Shown piece after piece: positions 27,792 to 42,875 of a DNA stretch of 64,000 nucleotides. The translations under genes and the position numbers were made by a program. Source of the stretch: Pecten maximus (lineage: Eukaryota); assembly GCF_902652985.1 (NCBI RefSeq), contig NC_047023.1, positions 19,158,001-19,222,000 on the forward strand, given 5' to 3'. Under the pieces are notes generated by a model. The model did not search any database. It had not been told where the DNA came from and was given only the letters and a program-made list of their open reading frames with translations. The number at the start of each line of letters is the position of its first letter. Positions within the stretch are counted from its first letter, which is position 1.

Positions 27792-28068
27792 GTGGCTAAG
27801 ATAGCTCAGTCTGTAAGAGCACCGACCACGTAACCTCAGGTGAAGATCTGAGGTGCGTGGTTCGAAGCTCTCTACCTGTGTCAGTTTGTGTTTCTCCAGA
27901 CACTGAGAAATGGACTCGTCAGTGTTACCCATAATTGTTACGGATTAGATGTGATGGGTCTCTTGTATGTTTTCAGTGAGGTAGTCACCAACTACTACAG
28001 GGAGATCCGCCTCAAAATGACCCTGGTGGTTCATGGGCGATAAACCCAGCAAACAAACAAACAAACAG
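27792..28068 (+). mobile_element. tRNA-derived SINE, family A
   Basis: A-box-like tagctcagtctg and B-box-like ggttcgaagc head; tail aaatgaccctgg...gataaaccc followed by (aaac)n. A second copy lies at 46335-46655 (-). Confidence 0.8.
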
Positions 28069-28707
28069 ATTCATACAAAACAATTTGCTCGGATTAGTAA
28101 ACAAGATGCCCTATGGGCCTGCGTTTATATACCCTTTTGGGGTATGGACTCTGCTTTCCTCTCCTTTTACATTTGGCACCTGACTAAACGGTCTCATGTG
28201 TGTCTTCTGGGTTGATGACTTTGTTGAAGGAGGGAGGAGTGTAACGGAACGCAACTGGGCTGAACTGGTTAGATCTGAGCATCCATCTGGATTTCAGATA
28301 TCGGGTTTAAGTCCATCAACAAGTCAGGCGATTACATATCAGGAGATGTTAACATTATTTATACAAGGTACCTCCAAGTCAAATATCAATACACTCAGCC
28401 ATAGGGGACTTCATTAAGTAATTCTGAAAACTATAACAAGCTTTTAGCAAATTATAGCACTTGATGAACTTAAATCTGAACCAGCTTCCAAAGTTGACCT
28501 TCCACCCAAATATATTGTGGAAGAAAACATTTCTCAGGACTACAAATGATTTATATAGCAGGTTTTATCAGTTGCCTAGTTCAATAGCTCAATAGGTACA
28601 GTGACCTATGGGCAAGCTGAGAGTCATGGGTTCAATTCTATGTGGAGGCAGGCTACTTGCTTTCCCGTTACAACATACCCAACTTAATCATTGCTCTATA
28701 TCCTTTG

Positions 28708-29028
28708 TTTTTAGGTCACCTGAGACAAAGTCTCAAGTGACCTAGCTATTCTATTGCCTTTTGTCTGTCGTATTGGACCTGTAACATGCTGGGGTGAAGG
28801 GCTATCAAAATTGTTTGAATGAATGACCTTGACCTTCATTCAAGGTCATGGGGGTCAAGTATGCTTAATTTTTAAACAAAGTCTTTTCTCTAAACAAGAG
28901 GCCCAGAGACCTGATATTGAGCCTTAACAGCATGCAGGGGCATTGACCTCAAATTCAAGTCACTCAAATCAAATCTGCCAAAATATATCAAAACTCAGGT
29001 GACCATTAAGGCCCATGGACCTCTTGTT
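28708..29028 (+). mobile_element. Helentron-associated non-autonomous element (HINE/DINE-type)
   Basis: 5' tttttaggtcacctgag with nearby inverted ctcaagtgacct, internal tgaccttga/tcaaggtca motifs, and a 3' subterminal inverted repeat ctcaggtgacc followed by short palindrome aggcccatggacct and cttgtt. Confidence 0.8.
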
Positions 29029-32000
29029 CTGATTACCTAGTCAATGGTTTTAAGATATTAAAATATCTGAAGCCGGTGGCAATGAATGTAGCTAGTTCAA
29101 GGTAATTGAAATCAAGAAACTTTATGGCACGCAAACCTTTAGATATACTAGGTTAATGGACAAATATCAGGACACTAGTTGTTCTCTCAATTTTCTAGAC
29201 GAATCCATCTAAAGGAAAAGGTTGATGGACTGAGTATGGACTGACTGCAGTATTACCAAACCATGGAATCTGATGAACACTCCACTGAGCTAAAAAGGAA
29301 TCTTGTTATTTTTATCAATTACAGCTTCTTTTTTTCAATTCCATTGCTAACAATTATATTCTGAATGAATACAGAGTATTGGTGTGTGTATAAAGGAAGT
29401 GCTGCCTGTATGTTGAGAGCAGTATGTGTTACTGAATGTGTCGGCTGACTGTTGATGGATGTGACATGAAACATGAAGATGTAAGGCAGAGACTTGTACG
29501 CACTCCCTTACCGCTTCTTGGATGTGACATCACTCTAGTTTAATGTTATGACCCAGTCAAGATTAAAACCAAGATCAGTAAAGAACAAATCGGAACTAGC
29601 ACTGATTTAATCCACGAAACATCTTGTATGGCTTCAGCATTTATTTTTATGATTGGATCTAAACCGTGAATTCCTTAATCAAATTTAATGAGTTTTTTGT
29701 TTTTCAAGCATGTTTGAGATACTGTTATCAATTTTCTGTCAGATCGTCGTTAAGAAATCGGCTGTTATCGTATCATGTGGTATTCCTCCTATACTTTTAT
29801 GCTGAGAGTTAAAGAGTAACATGCATATTCATACCTCATGTGTAATTCATAACGGTTCAATTGCCAGCTTAGCAGACCTGATCTTTTGCATTAGGTATGA
29901 AGGTCACAAGGTCACAAGGTCACATCATCAGATATAGACAATTACCAGCATACCATTCAGATTTTGCATGTGTAAAATGCTGATTGTCAAAACATTATTA
30001 TACTTACAAAATACATCATATATATGCATATTATACGAAGAATCCAGCAAGATATTTTGCTTACATGTGACTTAAATCCTTATAGCAATACACACAGACC
30101 AGCTAGTTTATAATTATTAGTGCTCTTGTGGGAGCTGAGTGGACTATATGATTGCATGTGTTTTGTCTGTCTGTCCTTCCATATTTCTGTCCCTTTTCAC
30201 TGTAGCTTGTCTAGGACCTATCTCCTACACAATGTAGCTGAATTTGTCACTGGAATTTGAATACTTGTGACATGTCACATGAGTTCACCTTTAAGTGAGT
30301 TGGTGTGTCAAATGTACAATGTGCATGCACCGTAAGTAGGACACTCTGTCCTACATTTTGAACTTTAACCTACATCAAAGAAAAAGCTTGTCTGGACTCT
30401 ATCTGCTCTACTACTTGTGACTTGTCATACTTGAGGTATGTATCAAAATTAGGTCACTCTGACCTACATTTAGATCTTTGACCTACATCTAGTGGGGGAA
30501 TTGTCTTGATTTGTTATATAATATTGACCATTTTAACATGCAGTATTTACAACAATCGATACATTGTTTTGCTTTATAGAGATAAACAGAAGGATTATGT
30601 AGATGCTGTATCATTATATTGACATAATAATATGTTTTTGATTATTCACAAACTTCATTTACAGACCATTTGGGCATCTTTTAATATAAAGTGATAAAAA
30701 GTGGCATATTGTCTTCATTACATATGTACCAAATTATGGATTTTGTCTCCATTCTGTTCAGCTCTATTTCTAGTCGAACTAAATAGGGAAATATTCAACC
30801 AAAGGAGGAGATTCTTTGAATGTCTTACATTGACAAAGTCTCAGGTAGATTATCTAGAACTTTCTCTTCGTGTAGAGAAACAGATTTGTTTGACCAACCA
30901 GCAAGTACAGATCCTAAAAGTCTCACAGATTGCTCTTTGGTCCGGAGGAATTTCAAAGATTTACTTTGCATTTGATTATTGCATATTTGTGCTGCTGCAC
31001 AGGTTCTGCAAAGTTTGATTTTAATGTAGAGTTTACAAATATCAAGGATATATGAGGCTACACAACTCTATTATAAAACATATTGTTTTCAGAATGCCAA
31101 AGCTACCAAACACATTAATCCCTTCAGGAAATTGTTGTTTCCATGTCTGGTGAAGCTAGAAACGAAGAGATTTGTGGAACATGTGACCTTTCTGTTTTCT
31201 CTGCGTTGCCTTAGATACAATTCCTGAGCGAGTAGTGGCAGTATGATGGGCTCCTGAAAGCTGGGTTTCGTAGGTATATATTGATGGCTGACTGCACCTC
31301 CGTGGTGTTAGTGGTGAGTGGCTTAGGTCTCCCACCCTGCAGGCGGTGACATCTAGGTCTGTCGCAGTCAGATAACATGACATGTTTTGGTGACTCATTA
31401 GCGTTTTCCCTGTTGGTACTTGACACAAAGTGAAAAAAACAACACTGAATCAGAGAAAAACTTCAGAGCATTGCCACTGAGAGAAAACAAACAATATTAG
31501 TGTTGAAACCTAACAACATGGACTCAAAAAGTATAATAACAAGGAACTGGGGATAAACTTTTAAAAATTTAAACTTAAAAAAAAAATTGTCATCATGCAG
31601 AAATTATTCATGCTAAAAATATCACAAAATTGGCTTAAAAGAAAAACTTACTTGACACAAATTTAAAAATCACAAAACTTACATGGAGAAAAAAAATGAA
31701 TTAAGAAGCCTTGTAACATCGACAGAGAAAATTTCTAAACATTGATTCTGTTTAAAATAATTGTCATCAATGGAATAGACTAAATTTTATAAAATTGACA
31801 CATGAGCAAAATAAAAAATCTGGCATGTACACGTATCATTGGACCCACATCGTATTGTGAGAGCTTTAAAGAGTGTGATGAGTCTGTAGCAGTCAGGTCA
31901 AATCATATCCAGACCATGCATGCATAGGTTCGTTATGAACTTCGTGCAATTAATCAAATTTAGGTGTGACATCAACAAAAACTCTATTGCGTAGATTATA

Positions 32001-33564
32001 TTTTCCAGATTTCTTGGTATTTCAATGAGCCAGCAATTTTCCAATTTCATTTGTATTTCCTGGGCTGGCTAACTTATCTTTGTGATTACTAAGACTATTA
32101 ATTCCCTATGACCTATATATTTCACTCCTCTAATGTACAGGAAAATTAATGTTTGCCAAGTTTCTTTTTATTTTAAAGCAGATTATCTAACTGACATCTA
32201 GGGGTGAGGGTTAATAGTATATCAAAATTTAAATATGTCAAGGTGACCTTTACTTTCAATGGATAATCAATATTCTCGTATATGCTTTGTTCTTGTTCAA
32301 ATTTAGTTAAAGGTATTTCATTGTATTGCCAATGTCTTTTTAGCTCATTATGACCTGTATATTATCACTAGTGGATGTTGAATTAAATTTTCATTGTAAA
32401 GACCTAGTCGTATTGGAGGAACATGTATTTAGATTTAATTTCCACATTTACTGCCGGTCCCAGATATAAAATCTTATATGAGCTTTACAAGTATTTACAT
32501 GTACAAGATAAAGCAGTCCATGAAAACCTTACCTAGTAAAAAACATATTAGTCTGGTTAAAGTAAAACAATAGTTAGTCTAGCTTATACACTAAAGTCCT
32601 TGGTTCTTGTTCGCAAAACAATGAAAAGGAGGCTGCAGAATCAAAGAAGTACATAAAATATTCGTACACAGGGAATCTTTATTTCTGTCTCATCAGTCCG
32701 ACCAAACGAAGGAGAATAAAGCTGATATTCTCTATCAACAATTACTCTTACTTTACAATACAGTATTCAGATGTAGAAAATGCCTTTGGCTTGGAGGATA
32801 ATTTCCATGTCTTTACTCCGACCCTGTCGGCTGGCGCATCAGGGAGAGTGGATGACACATGTTGACTAAGGAACGTACACAGTGGCTCCATAGAATGACA
32901 GCCGAGATAATTTCCTTTGCTGTGGGGTCGGAGAAGATTAAAGGAGATTCTGTGTATCTGAATGACGGACTTGCTTATTACCTGTTGTTGGGCGGTAATA
33001 CACCTACATGCTAATTACCTTGTGTCGACCAGCAACTTTGATCTTAATTTGGATCGAGCATCAGGGAAGAAAGGCCACTGAGAGCCGATAATAATGCCCT
33101 GATTGTATGGAGAGTCATGAACCTGACGGATGCGGCAGCTGACGTTTGTTACAAGAGAAATCTTAGGATACTTTTTCAATGAATTCTGTACAAACATCAA
33201 CCTTTATGTTCAGAAACGTATAAGGTTTTAAAAGAAAATATTCAGACTTGCATTTTGTTTGTAGTATGATCACCATGCCTTGTAAAAACATGCAGTCTTG
33301 ATTTATCTACGGATAGAAAAAGTATTTCAATATAAATTTTAATGTACAATATTATGTATATAAAATATCCATGGAATAACACCCCCCATTTTACTGATGA
33401 CAGGATGACACTTATAAGGTGTATTTTGTGTTTTGTTTTCACAATGATTTCATGAAAATTTTATAATTCTAACTTATCAATAAAAAGTGATTATTTTAAT
33501 TGTCATATAGATGACGGCTGCATCAAGATAAAAATGTGAATACAAAAATGCAAACCACTATGTA

Positions 33565-33895
33565 AACTGACATGTCCGTGAGACAGCACTTTATCAAATA
33601 TGACATGTCCGTGAGACAGCACTTTATAAAATATGACATGTCAGTGAGACAGCACTATTAAGTCACCATACATGTCATTGAGACAGCACTATAAAATCTG
33701 TGATATTTCATTGAGACAGCACTATAAAATCTGTGACATGTCAGTGAAACAGTACTATGAAATCTTTGACATTTCAGTGAAACCACAATATAAAGTCTGC
33801 GACATTTCAGTGAGACAGCACTATAAAATCTGTGACATGTCAGTGAAACAGTACTATGAAATCTTTGACATTTCAGTGAGACCACAATATAAAGA
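33565..33895. repeat. ~32-33-bp tandem repeat (tgacatgtcagtgagacagcactataaaatctg)
   Basis: About ten units. Confidence 0.85.
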
Positions 33896-34809
33896 ATGAT
33901 GATATGACATTTGAAATAAAATGTATCAGACTGTTTTAATACTGACATATATTTGTAAGAACAACCAATAAACTTAGCCTCTTGTTCACATTTAATATTG
34001 AGATACTCATGATACAAGTTAGTTGGTTAACTCCTGTACCAATCATATTTAAAAAAAATATTCTAACATGATATTGTCCCTATATTAATTAACATACAGT
34101 TATAGTTAATTATTTTTGAAAATTTTCTTGTCCTTGCCCTTTCATTAATTTCCTCATTTTCCAGCTTTCCAAAAATATCACTGGTGTATCTCTTAATAGT
34201 TTGGAATTTATTTGTAAATTAGGAATAACAGCAGCCCAATCATGGAAGGTTATTGGTTTTCCTCTGGTACAGATTAACTTATTAGCAGAGTAATTGCCAG
34301 CACTACAGCTGCAGACTTGTGGAAGCTTGGAGCATCTGCTCAGATAATCCAGTCAATTTAAAAAATTGAATTTTTGTCACTTCACATGATAATTCTTACA
34401 AATCTGAAATTGACATTTCTCTATAATGCTGTGGAAAATTACCAGTAATAAGTGCTATGATATTTGGAATGAAACTTGTTCCCATGGAGACGGTAGTAAA
34501 ACCCGCCATGATCGAGAACATTGGTTGACATATGTAATACTCGTACAAGGATTGAACTTGTGTAATATTTTTCAACATGGAGAAGTGCCACGGTATTAAA
34601 ATAAATATTGGAGGAAATTAACACTCCAAAGAAATGTTTAATAAAATTCAATACACTTAATGATAAGGTATTAAAGGGGATATTTCGATGATAATTATTG
34701 GTATTAAAATTGTTATTAAGGTTAGGGTCAATCCTGTTGGGCTATAATGGGGGAACTAAGGACATGACTATTAAGACCATGCATGTCAGGGGATAAGGTT
34801 ATAAATGAA

Positions 34810-35045
34810 GGGGAGCCACAGTGGCCGAGTGGTTAAAGTGTCCAGACACTTTATCAATATATATAGATCACTAGCGTTCGATCACCTCTGGGTCGGGAGT
34901 TCAAAAGCCATGTGGGGCAATTGCTAGGTACATGTACTGACTGGTTTTTCTCCGGGGACTCCGGCTTTCCTCTACCTCCAAAACCAGGAACGTCCTTAAA
35001 TACATGACCCTGGCTGTTAATAGGACGTTAAACAAAATAAACCCA
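34810..35045 (+). mobile_element. tRNA-derived SINE, family B (V-SINE-like core)
   Basis: gggagccacagtggccgagtggttaa head, ggtttttctccggggactccggctttcctc core, tail gaccctggctgttaataggacgttaaacaaaa; several copies in the window. Confidence 0.88.
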
Positions 35046-35364
35046 TAAACCCATATGTGTGAGGCTCAGTACTTAAGTGTTTGTGGAGGAATGAAGGGAA
35101 TTTATGAAGGTGTAGGAAGTTTGGGTACATGATGTTCTCTATGATAAGGGACACAGGCATGTATTGATGAAAAGTATATTTTGTAAAAACACAAAATCCG
35201 AATAATAATAGGCAGGTTAATTCATTTAATCTGTACTGGATTTGACAGAACTATTACTGATGGGTTAATCAGGGTGGTTCAGTGTATGCAGGGTTACTCA
35301 ATGTTTCCTTTTATTGAGTTACCATGTAGTTGACTGGTTACCTGGTTTTTTTTTTTTTTTTAGT

Positions 35365-35590
35365 TTTTCTTTTCATTGCACAAAAAAAAAGTGTGAAGTC
35401 ACAATAAGACCATTGATGTTGCATTTTGATATGTTCAAAAGAATCCCTAATATCAACCAAGTAAAATTGTACATAAAATGTGTTTTGACTTTGAAATATG
35501 ACAGTTTCAGAAATTAATTACAAGCATTGATGTCAAATTTTTAGTTTCATAGCCCTATGATACTGGATAATAATGACATCAATGCTTAAA
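35365..35590. mobile_element. Second, inverted and more decayed copy of the 23973-24300 element
   Basis: gtgaagtcacaataagaccattgatgttgc and aagcattgatgtca...tttagtttcat match the reverse complement of ~24060-24220. Confidence 0.55.
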
Positions 35591-36155
35591 TGTTTTACCA
35601 GAACAATATGTAAAATTGGTTTTCAGATAAAGTTTTTGTTTTTTTGTTTTAAGAAATAAAGAAATCAGCTTGATATCTGAATTGTCTGGAATATACTTAT
35701 ACACATGTTCATTAAAAATATAACCACATTAAAAGTGACATGAGATTTAGATATTGGATGTTTTCCAAGCTCTTTAGTTACAGTTAAATTATCCTGTTAG
35801 AGGATGAAGGGATCAGATCTATAGATGAACCCAAGCTACATTTGTGTTCTGGTCTTTACTATGACAGTAATTCTTGGCTGGAAGGAACAGCATTTAGTGA
35901 AATCTGACATACTGGAGGGTTGCTGCCACTGGATAGTATGTCTCCAAGATGTCTCTTATTGTCTTTGTATCCATTGTTAGGACATGGAATATATCTAAAT
36001 ATAGTACTCTTCTGTTCCATGTGGAGAGCAGGTTATATTTCATGGAAATATACCTGGACGCAAAATTAAGGCAACAATTGTCTAAAACTCTAACATGTAT
36101 ATATTTATATACTAGAAATATCAAAAGCTCAGTGTACAGTATTATTATATATAAA

Positions 36156-36330
36156 AATAATCTTAAAACACGTTCATCTGTAAAGCATGAGCGCTTTCAT
36201 TATATTTTCGGATGCTTTACATTGTTAGGCTTACATAGTTGCCTACATATAGTAACAAAGTAAATGTAAAGCATCTGAAGATATAATGGAAGTGCTCAAG
36301 CTTTACAGATCGATGTGTTTTAAGATTATT
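36156..36330. repeat. Inverted repeat: 68-bp arms (60/68 complementary), 39-bp spacer
   Basis: Arms 36156-36223 and 36263-36330 aligned by hand without gaps. Confidence 0.92.
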
Positions 36331-37287
36331 ATTCTTATATACATACATGTATGTAAACAAAATTTTGAACTCTCTCAAATCTGTTTGTTGGTCTGTACCA
36401 CAAAATATGAGTAACTGCATGTAGCCACTTTTTTTTTCATTTTAAACTACATACATTAGTTTTTAGCATTATCTCCCATGTTTTTACCAATCAACATTTT
36501 TTTTCCCCTAAAGAACTTTACAGTGTTGATAAACTGTTCAGAATGTAATAATTTTAATTAATTAACACACAATATTTACCCATTGTTGCATTATGTGAAG
36601 AATTTCTACGACCTCAGATTCGAATACATCTTCAGAAAAGTCAGGAATTGGACGGTGATAATCAGTAACTCTAAGATCACGTCACGTTTTACCAAATGTA
36701 ATTTTTATGTTTTGCTGGTAATCACTTTGTTGAGATTATTTTCTTGTTTACAATAATAAACTGACATTTTTTTATTTTATCAGCCACTGGGGAGCCCTGA
36801 ATATGTCCATTGTTTATGTAGATCGGGGACAAGCCTGTACTCTGAACCATCCCTAAAAGACATTAATGAGATTTAATTTCCCAGGACCCCAGGGATTCCA
36901 ATATAATGCCTTTTATTTGTCCTACTCCTGTATCTGACTGGGGAAGTCTGATTACTTTACTGACAATCAGATGCCGTCAGTCATTTCCAGGTCATACTGT
37001 GTGCAGACCTGACATTTCACTTATAGCTCTCAATGAATACGAATAATGACACATTCAAAACTAAGGTTTTAGATATTTCCATGTACAATATACAATCTTG
37101 CAGAACAAATAATCTCTTAAGAGAACATGTTTTTATAGTAACAGTCTATCAAAAAGGATTTTAAATTTTAACATAGCTAACTCTCATTTGATATGATTCA
37201 AGACTGGTAACATACTTAATATATCTCGATATAATTAAAAGCTTCATGTGTGACAGTTGTCATATTTTTGTACTGGTGTACGTAATA

Positions 37288-38121
37288 TTGAGATTTGACC
37301 ATATCTTGAATCTAGACTTATTAGTTGTCCTTACAAGGTTGAGATTTGACCATCTTGAATCTAGACTAAAGTTGTACCCATAAGGTTGAGATTTGACCAT
37401 CTTGAATCTAGACTAAAGTTGTACCCATAAGGTTGAGATTTGACCATCTTGAATCTAGACTTATCATTGTACCCATAAGGTTGAGATTTGACCATCTTGA
37501 ATCTAGACTTATCATTGTACCCATAAGGTTGAGATTTGACCATCTTGAATCTAGACTTAAAGTTGTAATCATAAGGTTGAGATTTGACCATCTTGAATCT
37601 GGACTTATAGTTGTACCCATAAGGTTGAGATTTGACCATCTTGAATCTGGACTTATAGTTGTAATCATAAGGTTGAGATTTGACCATCTTGAATCTGGAC
37701 TTATAGTTGTAATCATAAGGTTGAGATTTGACCATCTTGAATCTGGACTTATAGTTGTAATCATAAGGTTGAGATTTGACCATCTTGAATCTAGAACTGT
37801 AGTTGTACTTATAAGGTTGAGATTTGACCATCTTGAATCTGGACTTATCATTGTACCCATAAGGTTGAGATTTGACCATCTTGAATCTAGACTTATCATT
37901 GTACCCACAAGGTTGAGATTTGACCATCTTGAATCTGGACTTATATATAGTTGTAATCATAAGGTTGAGATTTGACCATCTTGAATCTAGAACTGTAGTT
38001 GTACCCATAAGGTTGAGATTTGACCATCTTGAATCTGGACTTATATATAGTGGTACCCATAAGGTTGAGATTTGACCATCTTGAATCTAGACTTAGAGTT
38101 GTACCCATAAGGTTGAGATTT
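37288..38121. repeat. 48-bp minisatellite (taaggttgagatttgaccatcttgaatctrgacttatagttgtaccca), ~17 copies
   Basis: Period 47-48; the overlapping ORFs show 16-aa periodicity. Confidence 0.97.
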
Positions 38122-39639
38122 CAAGCAATTTTGTTTTTTTGTTTCTCTGTTATTGGAAAATGATTATAATTAGAATTTTCTCTATAGACTCCAGGAAGGA
38201 CCTCTCTCAGTAAAAGTAATGCCAATAAGCAAACTGGGCATACTGTATCATGTGGCCATCCAAGGTTTTTGAACTGTATTGTAATATAATCTGTCAATGT
38301 TAAAGTAATTCAGTTGTTTTTATTATTATGTCATAGACAATTTGTCAAATTCTATTGAAGGATGAAAAAATCCAGGGACATATCTCTCGGCAAAACTCCA
38401 CAATAGATTCAATTGTCTGTCTGAGGTTGGATGAAAAAGTCAGTAAAACAATGGATGCTTATCAATATGCAGTAAGAGTCACTGAAAACACCTGAGTTTA
38501 ATATGGTCAGTTTGGTTCTGTCACACATAGCATAATAACTTGCTATCTTTTTACCAAAAGAATTGTTTCGAGTCCGGTTCATGTAATTGCTCCTCAAAAA
38601 TTGAATTATCCAAAGTCCTCTTTGGGCATGACATAATATTCAGAAACTGTAAACTACATTTTTTCTGCACAATTGTTTTGAGGCTACCATGATAGAGCCC
38701 AGCGCCATAAGGGGCTGCCAAAGTAGAGGAAATTACACTATAATTATCGGCAGGTAAATGGCACAATCAGCAGCAGGTATACCACACTATAAAATTACAC
38801 ATAAATCCAACGTAATTGTTCTGCAGGCACTACGATGTCTGGCTCAGCCAGATCGGTGGCGGCCATTTTATTACTGATTATACCATCGACCCCTACTAGT
38901 TGGCCACAATGGTCTGTTCCATTGTGTTGATATATGGTGAACTGTACAAATTGCCCACAGGGATTTGAGCATTTAAATAATTTATCTTGGTGTTTGCTAA
39001 CCAATTCTAAATCATCATTTTTCTATGTGGGTTGCCAAAATTAATAAGATTCTGACTGAATCATTGTTTTTGTTAAATAAGGTTATGCGACAAACAGAAG
39101 ACTTGTCCAAATGATGTCAAGTTCCTCCAAGAATTATGGGATTTGATTGAAAAGAACTTGAAAATCTTTGAATGAATCTCAGCAACTATTTTTTGCGTTC
39201 ATTTGAATTTTATGTTCATCTTAAAGATGTACTTCAATGATAAATCCCTGTTCATTATCTAATTTAAAGTGAGATAGTTTTTGTGAAATTTTCCCAAATT
39301 GAAAATTTAATTAAACAATTAAAAATCATTGACATCTGAAAATTAATGTCGGGGGAAATGTTTTTTGTATTCTTTACTTTGTGTACCATAAATATTTTTA
39401 ACGCTCTATGATTTTAATTTTTGTTTTGTAAAATTTGAACACACATTTCACATGAACTGATTCGGAGACATTGCCATGGTTGTTAGCTAATACATTTTAC
39501 TACTTATAATAGGTACATGTATGTATGATGACTCGATCACTACCTAACTATAAAGAAGAAATGGTATTCGAACACTGGAATGATGTCCCAGGAGTTTTCC
39601 TAATTTACATGATTTACGTTTTTATTCAAAATGTAAAAA

Positions 39640-39854
39640 GGGGGCCGCAGTGACCGAGTGGTTAAGGTTTCCCAACATCTTAACACTCAGCCCTCCACCT
39701 CTGGGTCCCAAGTTCGAAACCCACCTGGGGCAATTACCTGGTACTGGTCGTAGGCTGGTGTTTTTTCTCCAGGTACTCCAGCTTTCCTCCAAAACCTGGC
39801 ACATCCTTAAATGACCCTGACTGTTAAAAGGATATTAAACAAAATAAACCAAAC
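39640..39854 (+). mobile_element. SINE family B with TSD
   Basis: Same head, core and tail as the 34810 copy; flanking direct repeat caaaatgtaaaa at 39627-39638 and 39855-39866. Confidence 0.9.
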
Positions 39855-42184
39855 CAAAATGTAAAATTCAAGATATTTTTTGCTATCTCTAATTTGTGTC
39901 TGTACATGATGTTTAAGATGGTTTACGTTAGAGACTTGAGAAATCCTATATATTACTGGCCCTTATTACAGACTAAGTCTCACAGCATAATTGAAAATGA
40001 AAGTTGTAAGCTAGTTAATTTAGTTGGTTTAATGCATCATGAAGGGGCCATGATATATATAATCTAGATTGGGCAGTTTGAAATTCTTTTTTGATCTGAT
40101 GTTTGACGAAGCTCCAACTCTCAGTGAAGGCAATTTTGATCAGGAATGAAGATGTCTAAATTGTTGAATGCAAAAATGAATCTATAGTGTTTTCTAAAAT
40201 ACCCACAAAGTCTTGTAGCTTTAAATTTGTCCACTGATGTGTACAGTTTATGTGATCTAGCATATACTGACATTTACATGTACATTACGCAGGCTATTAT
40301 GTATGTAAGAAACTTGTTACTACCAATAGCTTGTCCCAGAGAATGTAATTTGAAGCTCATGCTAGAAAATGTACATACCTTTAAACCAGGTTGCTGCAAG
40401 GGAAAAGATGTTTTGTTTTGTCTGAATTAAATTGAAACACGGGAGCATCTGAAATTGATATGATGGAGCCACAAATTGTTTTTAATGCTAATGGCAAATA
40501 CGTAACTGTTTTAGGAAGTGGATAGATTCCTGAACAAACATCGGCCGGCGAGAAATGCCAAGGTTGATACATGACAGAGTAAATATTGTATCATGCAATG
40601 CCTGTGGATGTAATTCTCCCGGGAACTGTACTGATACAACTGGTGTTAGGGGCGATGGATACATTGTCTATTAGTTGTGTAAATTTAAACATTTTATTGT
40701 AAAAATTCTGTCCGTGAGAGAAAAGGCCTAATTGAGACCAGGACTTCAAACATATGTTGGTTAAAAATTTACAAAGTGTAAGGTGTGTCAATGGATGTCA
40801 TTTATCGGTTGGTTTGTTTGTTTAATATCGTATTGACAAAATAATGTCATAAAGGATGGTGCCTGCTTGAATAGGACCAACATTTGTAATTAAGGGCCAC
40901 TTTAAATTGACATTTTACTGAAATGTTATCCATATATATCAGGTACATTGACATTTCTCCCCGTCCATTACACTGTCACCAGAATGGGTCAATTCTGTTT
41001 TCTTATATACGTCCCTTACATTGCCCACAGCTAGGGAGCAGCAACTACCGTTACGTCAATGGTGTGTCATCACTTTGGGACTAAAACTTTCCTCACAGGA
41101 ATTGACATTCAAAGGTGTTTCAACAGTTCACCCATAAATCTTTGTCCATCAAAATCTAGCTGAAGGTTACTTATGCAAGCTTGCATCTTAAAAGGATGTT
41201 TGAACACTATTCTGAACTCAACAGTCAAAGGTCATGGTCATATAATGATTCAATTGAATCGTATATGTTAAAAATTTGAGGTATACAGGAAGCACTTGTA
41301 TTTCCTTCAATTAACCATTAGGGTGTTGCTTAAACAGCTTATTTTATAGATGAAAATATGTTAGACGTATGTTTAATCAGTGAAAAAAAGGTCACCAGTT
41401 TGCGACGAAAGTTTTGCATTTAAGATTACCAAATTCACAATGGGTCTAATGCTTAAAACTTCAAACGTCATTATGAGGTTTTAATTAATTTAGTTAAAAG
41501 AACTTATTTAATGTTATAAACACCCTGGCCTGTTTTCATGAGGATGTGTTTGACACTCGTGCTGTAAACTCCTGACAATTGGAAATCATAGGGAGGGGTA
41601 ATTTAGATGAGACAATGGGAGGCAATATACTTTATTGTGGTAACATTTAACTGTACAGAAGATACAAGGATTTTTATATGTAGGCTCATTTCCTAATTGA
41701 AAGCGAAGGTCTGCCGAGACAAATACTGCTTCCATTGACACAGTTAGTTTGTGATCGCATGCCCAGTCCTGGGGAAAGTTTGTGATTGCGTGCCCTGCGC
41801 CGGGTAATTGTTAAGCTGTATCTTGTAGTGTAATGATCTTTCTCTGGAGACTAATGTCAATTTTCTGTTAAAGAAAAAAGGCTTGTAATCACTTAGTAGA
41901 TTCATGTTTGGTGTCCAAACTGATTTTATGAGGTTCACTGTACATACTATTGGTATTTTGTAGTGAAAGTATTGAGTTTAATGGCTTGTTCTGAGTGTAA
42001 CATGGACTGTGTGATGATCAAGTATTGAGTATTATAAACTTTTTGGATTTTGTAATGTTTGAATTTAGTGGTGACTGAATATTGCTGTATTCTGCAAGTA
42101 AATGGCTGCCAATTAATGCACAAATAAGCTCCTTCATCTTAGCAGAAAAATCAATTTTAAAAATGTAAAGCCCTCCCAAAACTT

Positions 42185-42875
42185 TAATATTTTTGGATTC
42201 TGTGGTGATCATAAGTATGAGGTTATTAAAGACTTTTTGGATTGTGTGGTGACTAGGTATTCTGAGATTTATGACTTTTTGGATTGTGTGGTGACTAGGT
42301 ACTTCTGTGATTTAAGACTTTTTGAATTGTGTGGTGACTGGGGTATTCTGTAGATTTATGACTTTTTGGATTGTGTGGTGACTAGGAATTCTGTGATTTA
42401 AGACTTTTTGAATTGTGTGGTGACTGGGTATTCTGTAATTTAAGACTTTTTGGATTGTGTGGTGACCAGGTACTCTGTGATTTCAGACTTTTTGGATTGT
42501 GTGGTGACTAGGTATTCTGTGATTTAAGACTTTTTGGATTGTGTTATGACTAGGTACTCTGTGATTAAAGACTTTTTTGATTGTGTGGTGACTAGGTATT
42601 CTGAGATTTATGACTTTTTGGATTGTGTGGTGACTAGGAATTCTGTGATTTAAGACTTTTTGAATTGTGTGGTGACTGGGTATTCTGTAATTTAAGACTT
42701 TTTGGATTGTGTGGTGACAAGGTACTCTGTGATTTAAGACTTTTTGAATTGTGTGGTGACTGGGTATTCTGTAATTTAAGACTTTTTGGATTGTGTGGTG
42801 ACCAGGTACTCTGTGATTTCAGACTTTTTGGATTGTGTGGTGACTAGGTATTCTAGCTGTGACTTGAGACTTTTC
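42185..42875. repeat. 42-bp minisatellite (gactttttggattgtgtggtgactaggtattctgtgatttaa), ~16 copies
   Basis: Direct periodicity. Confidence 0.97.
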
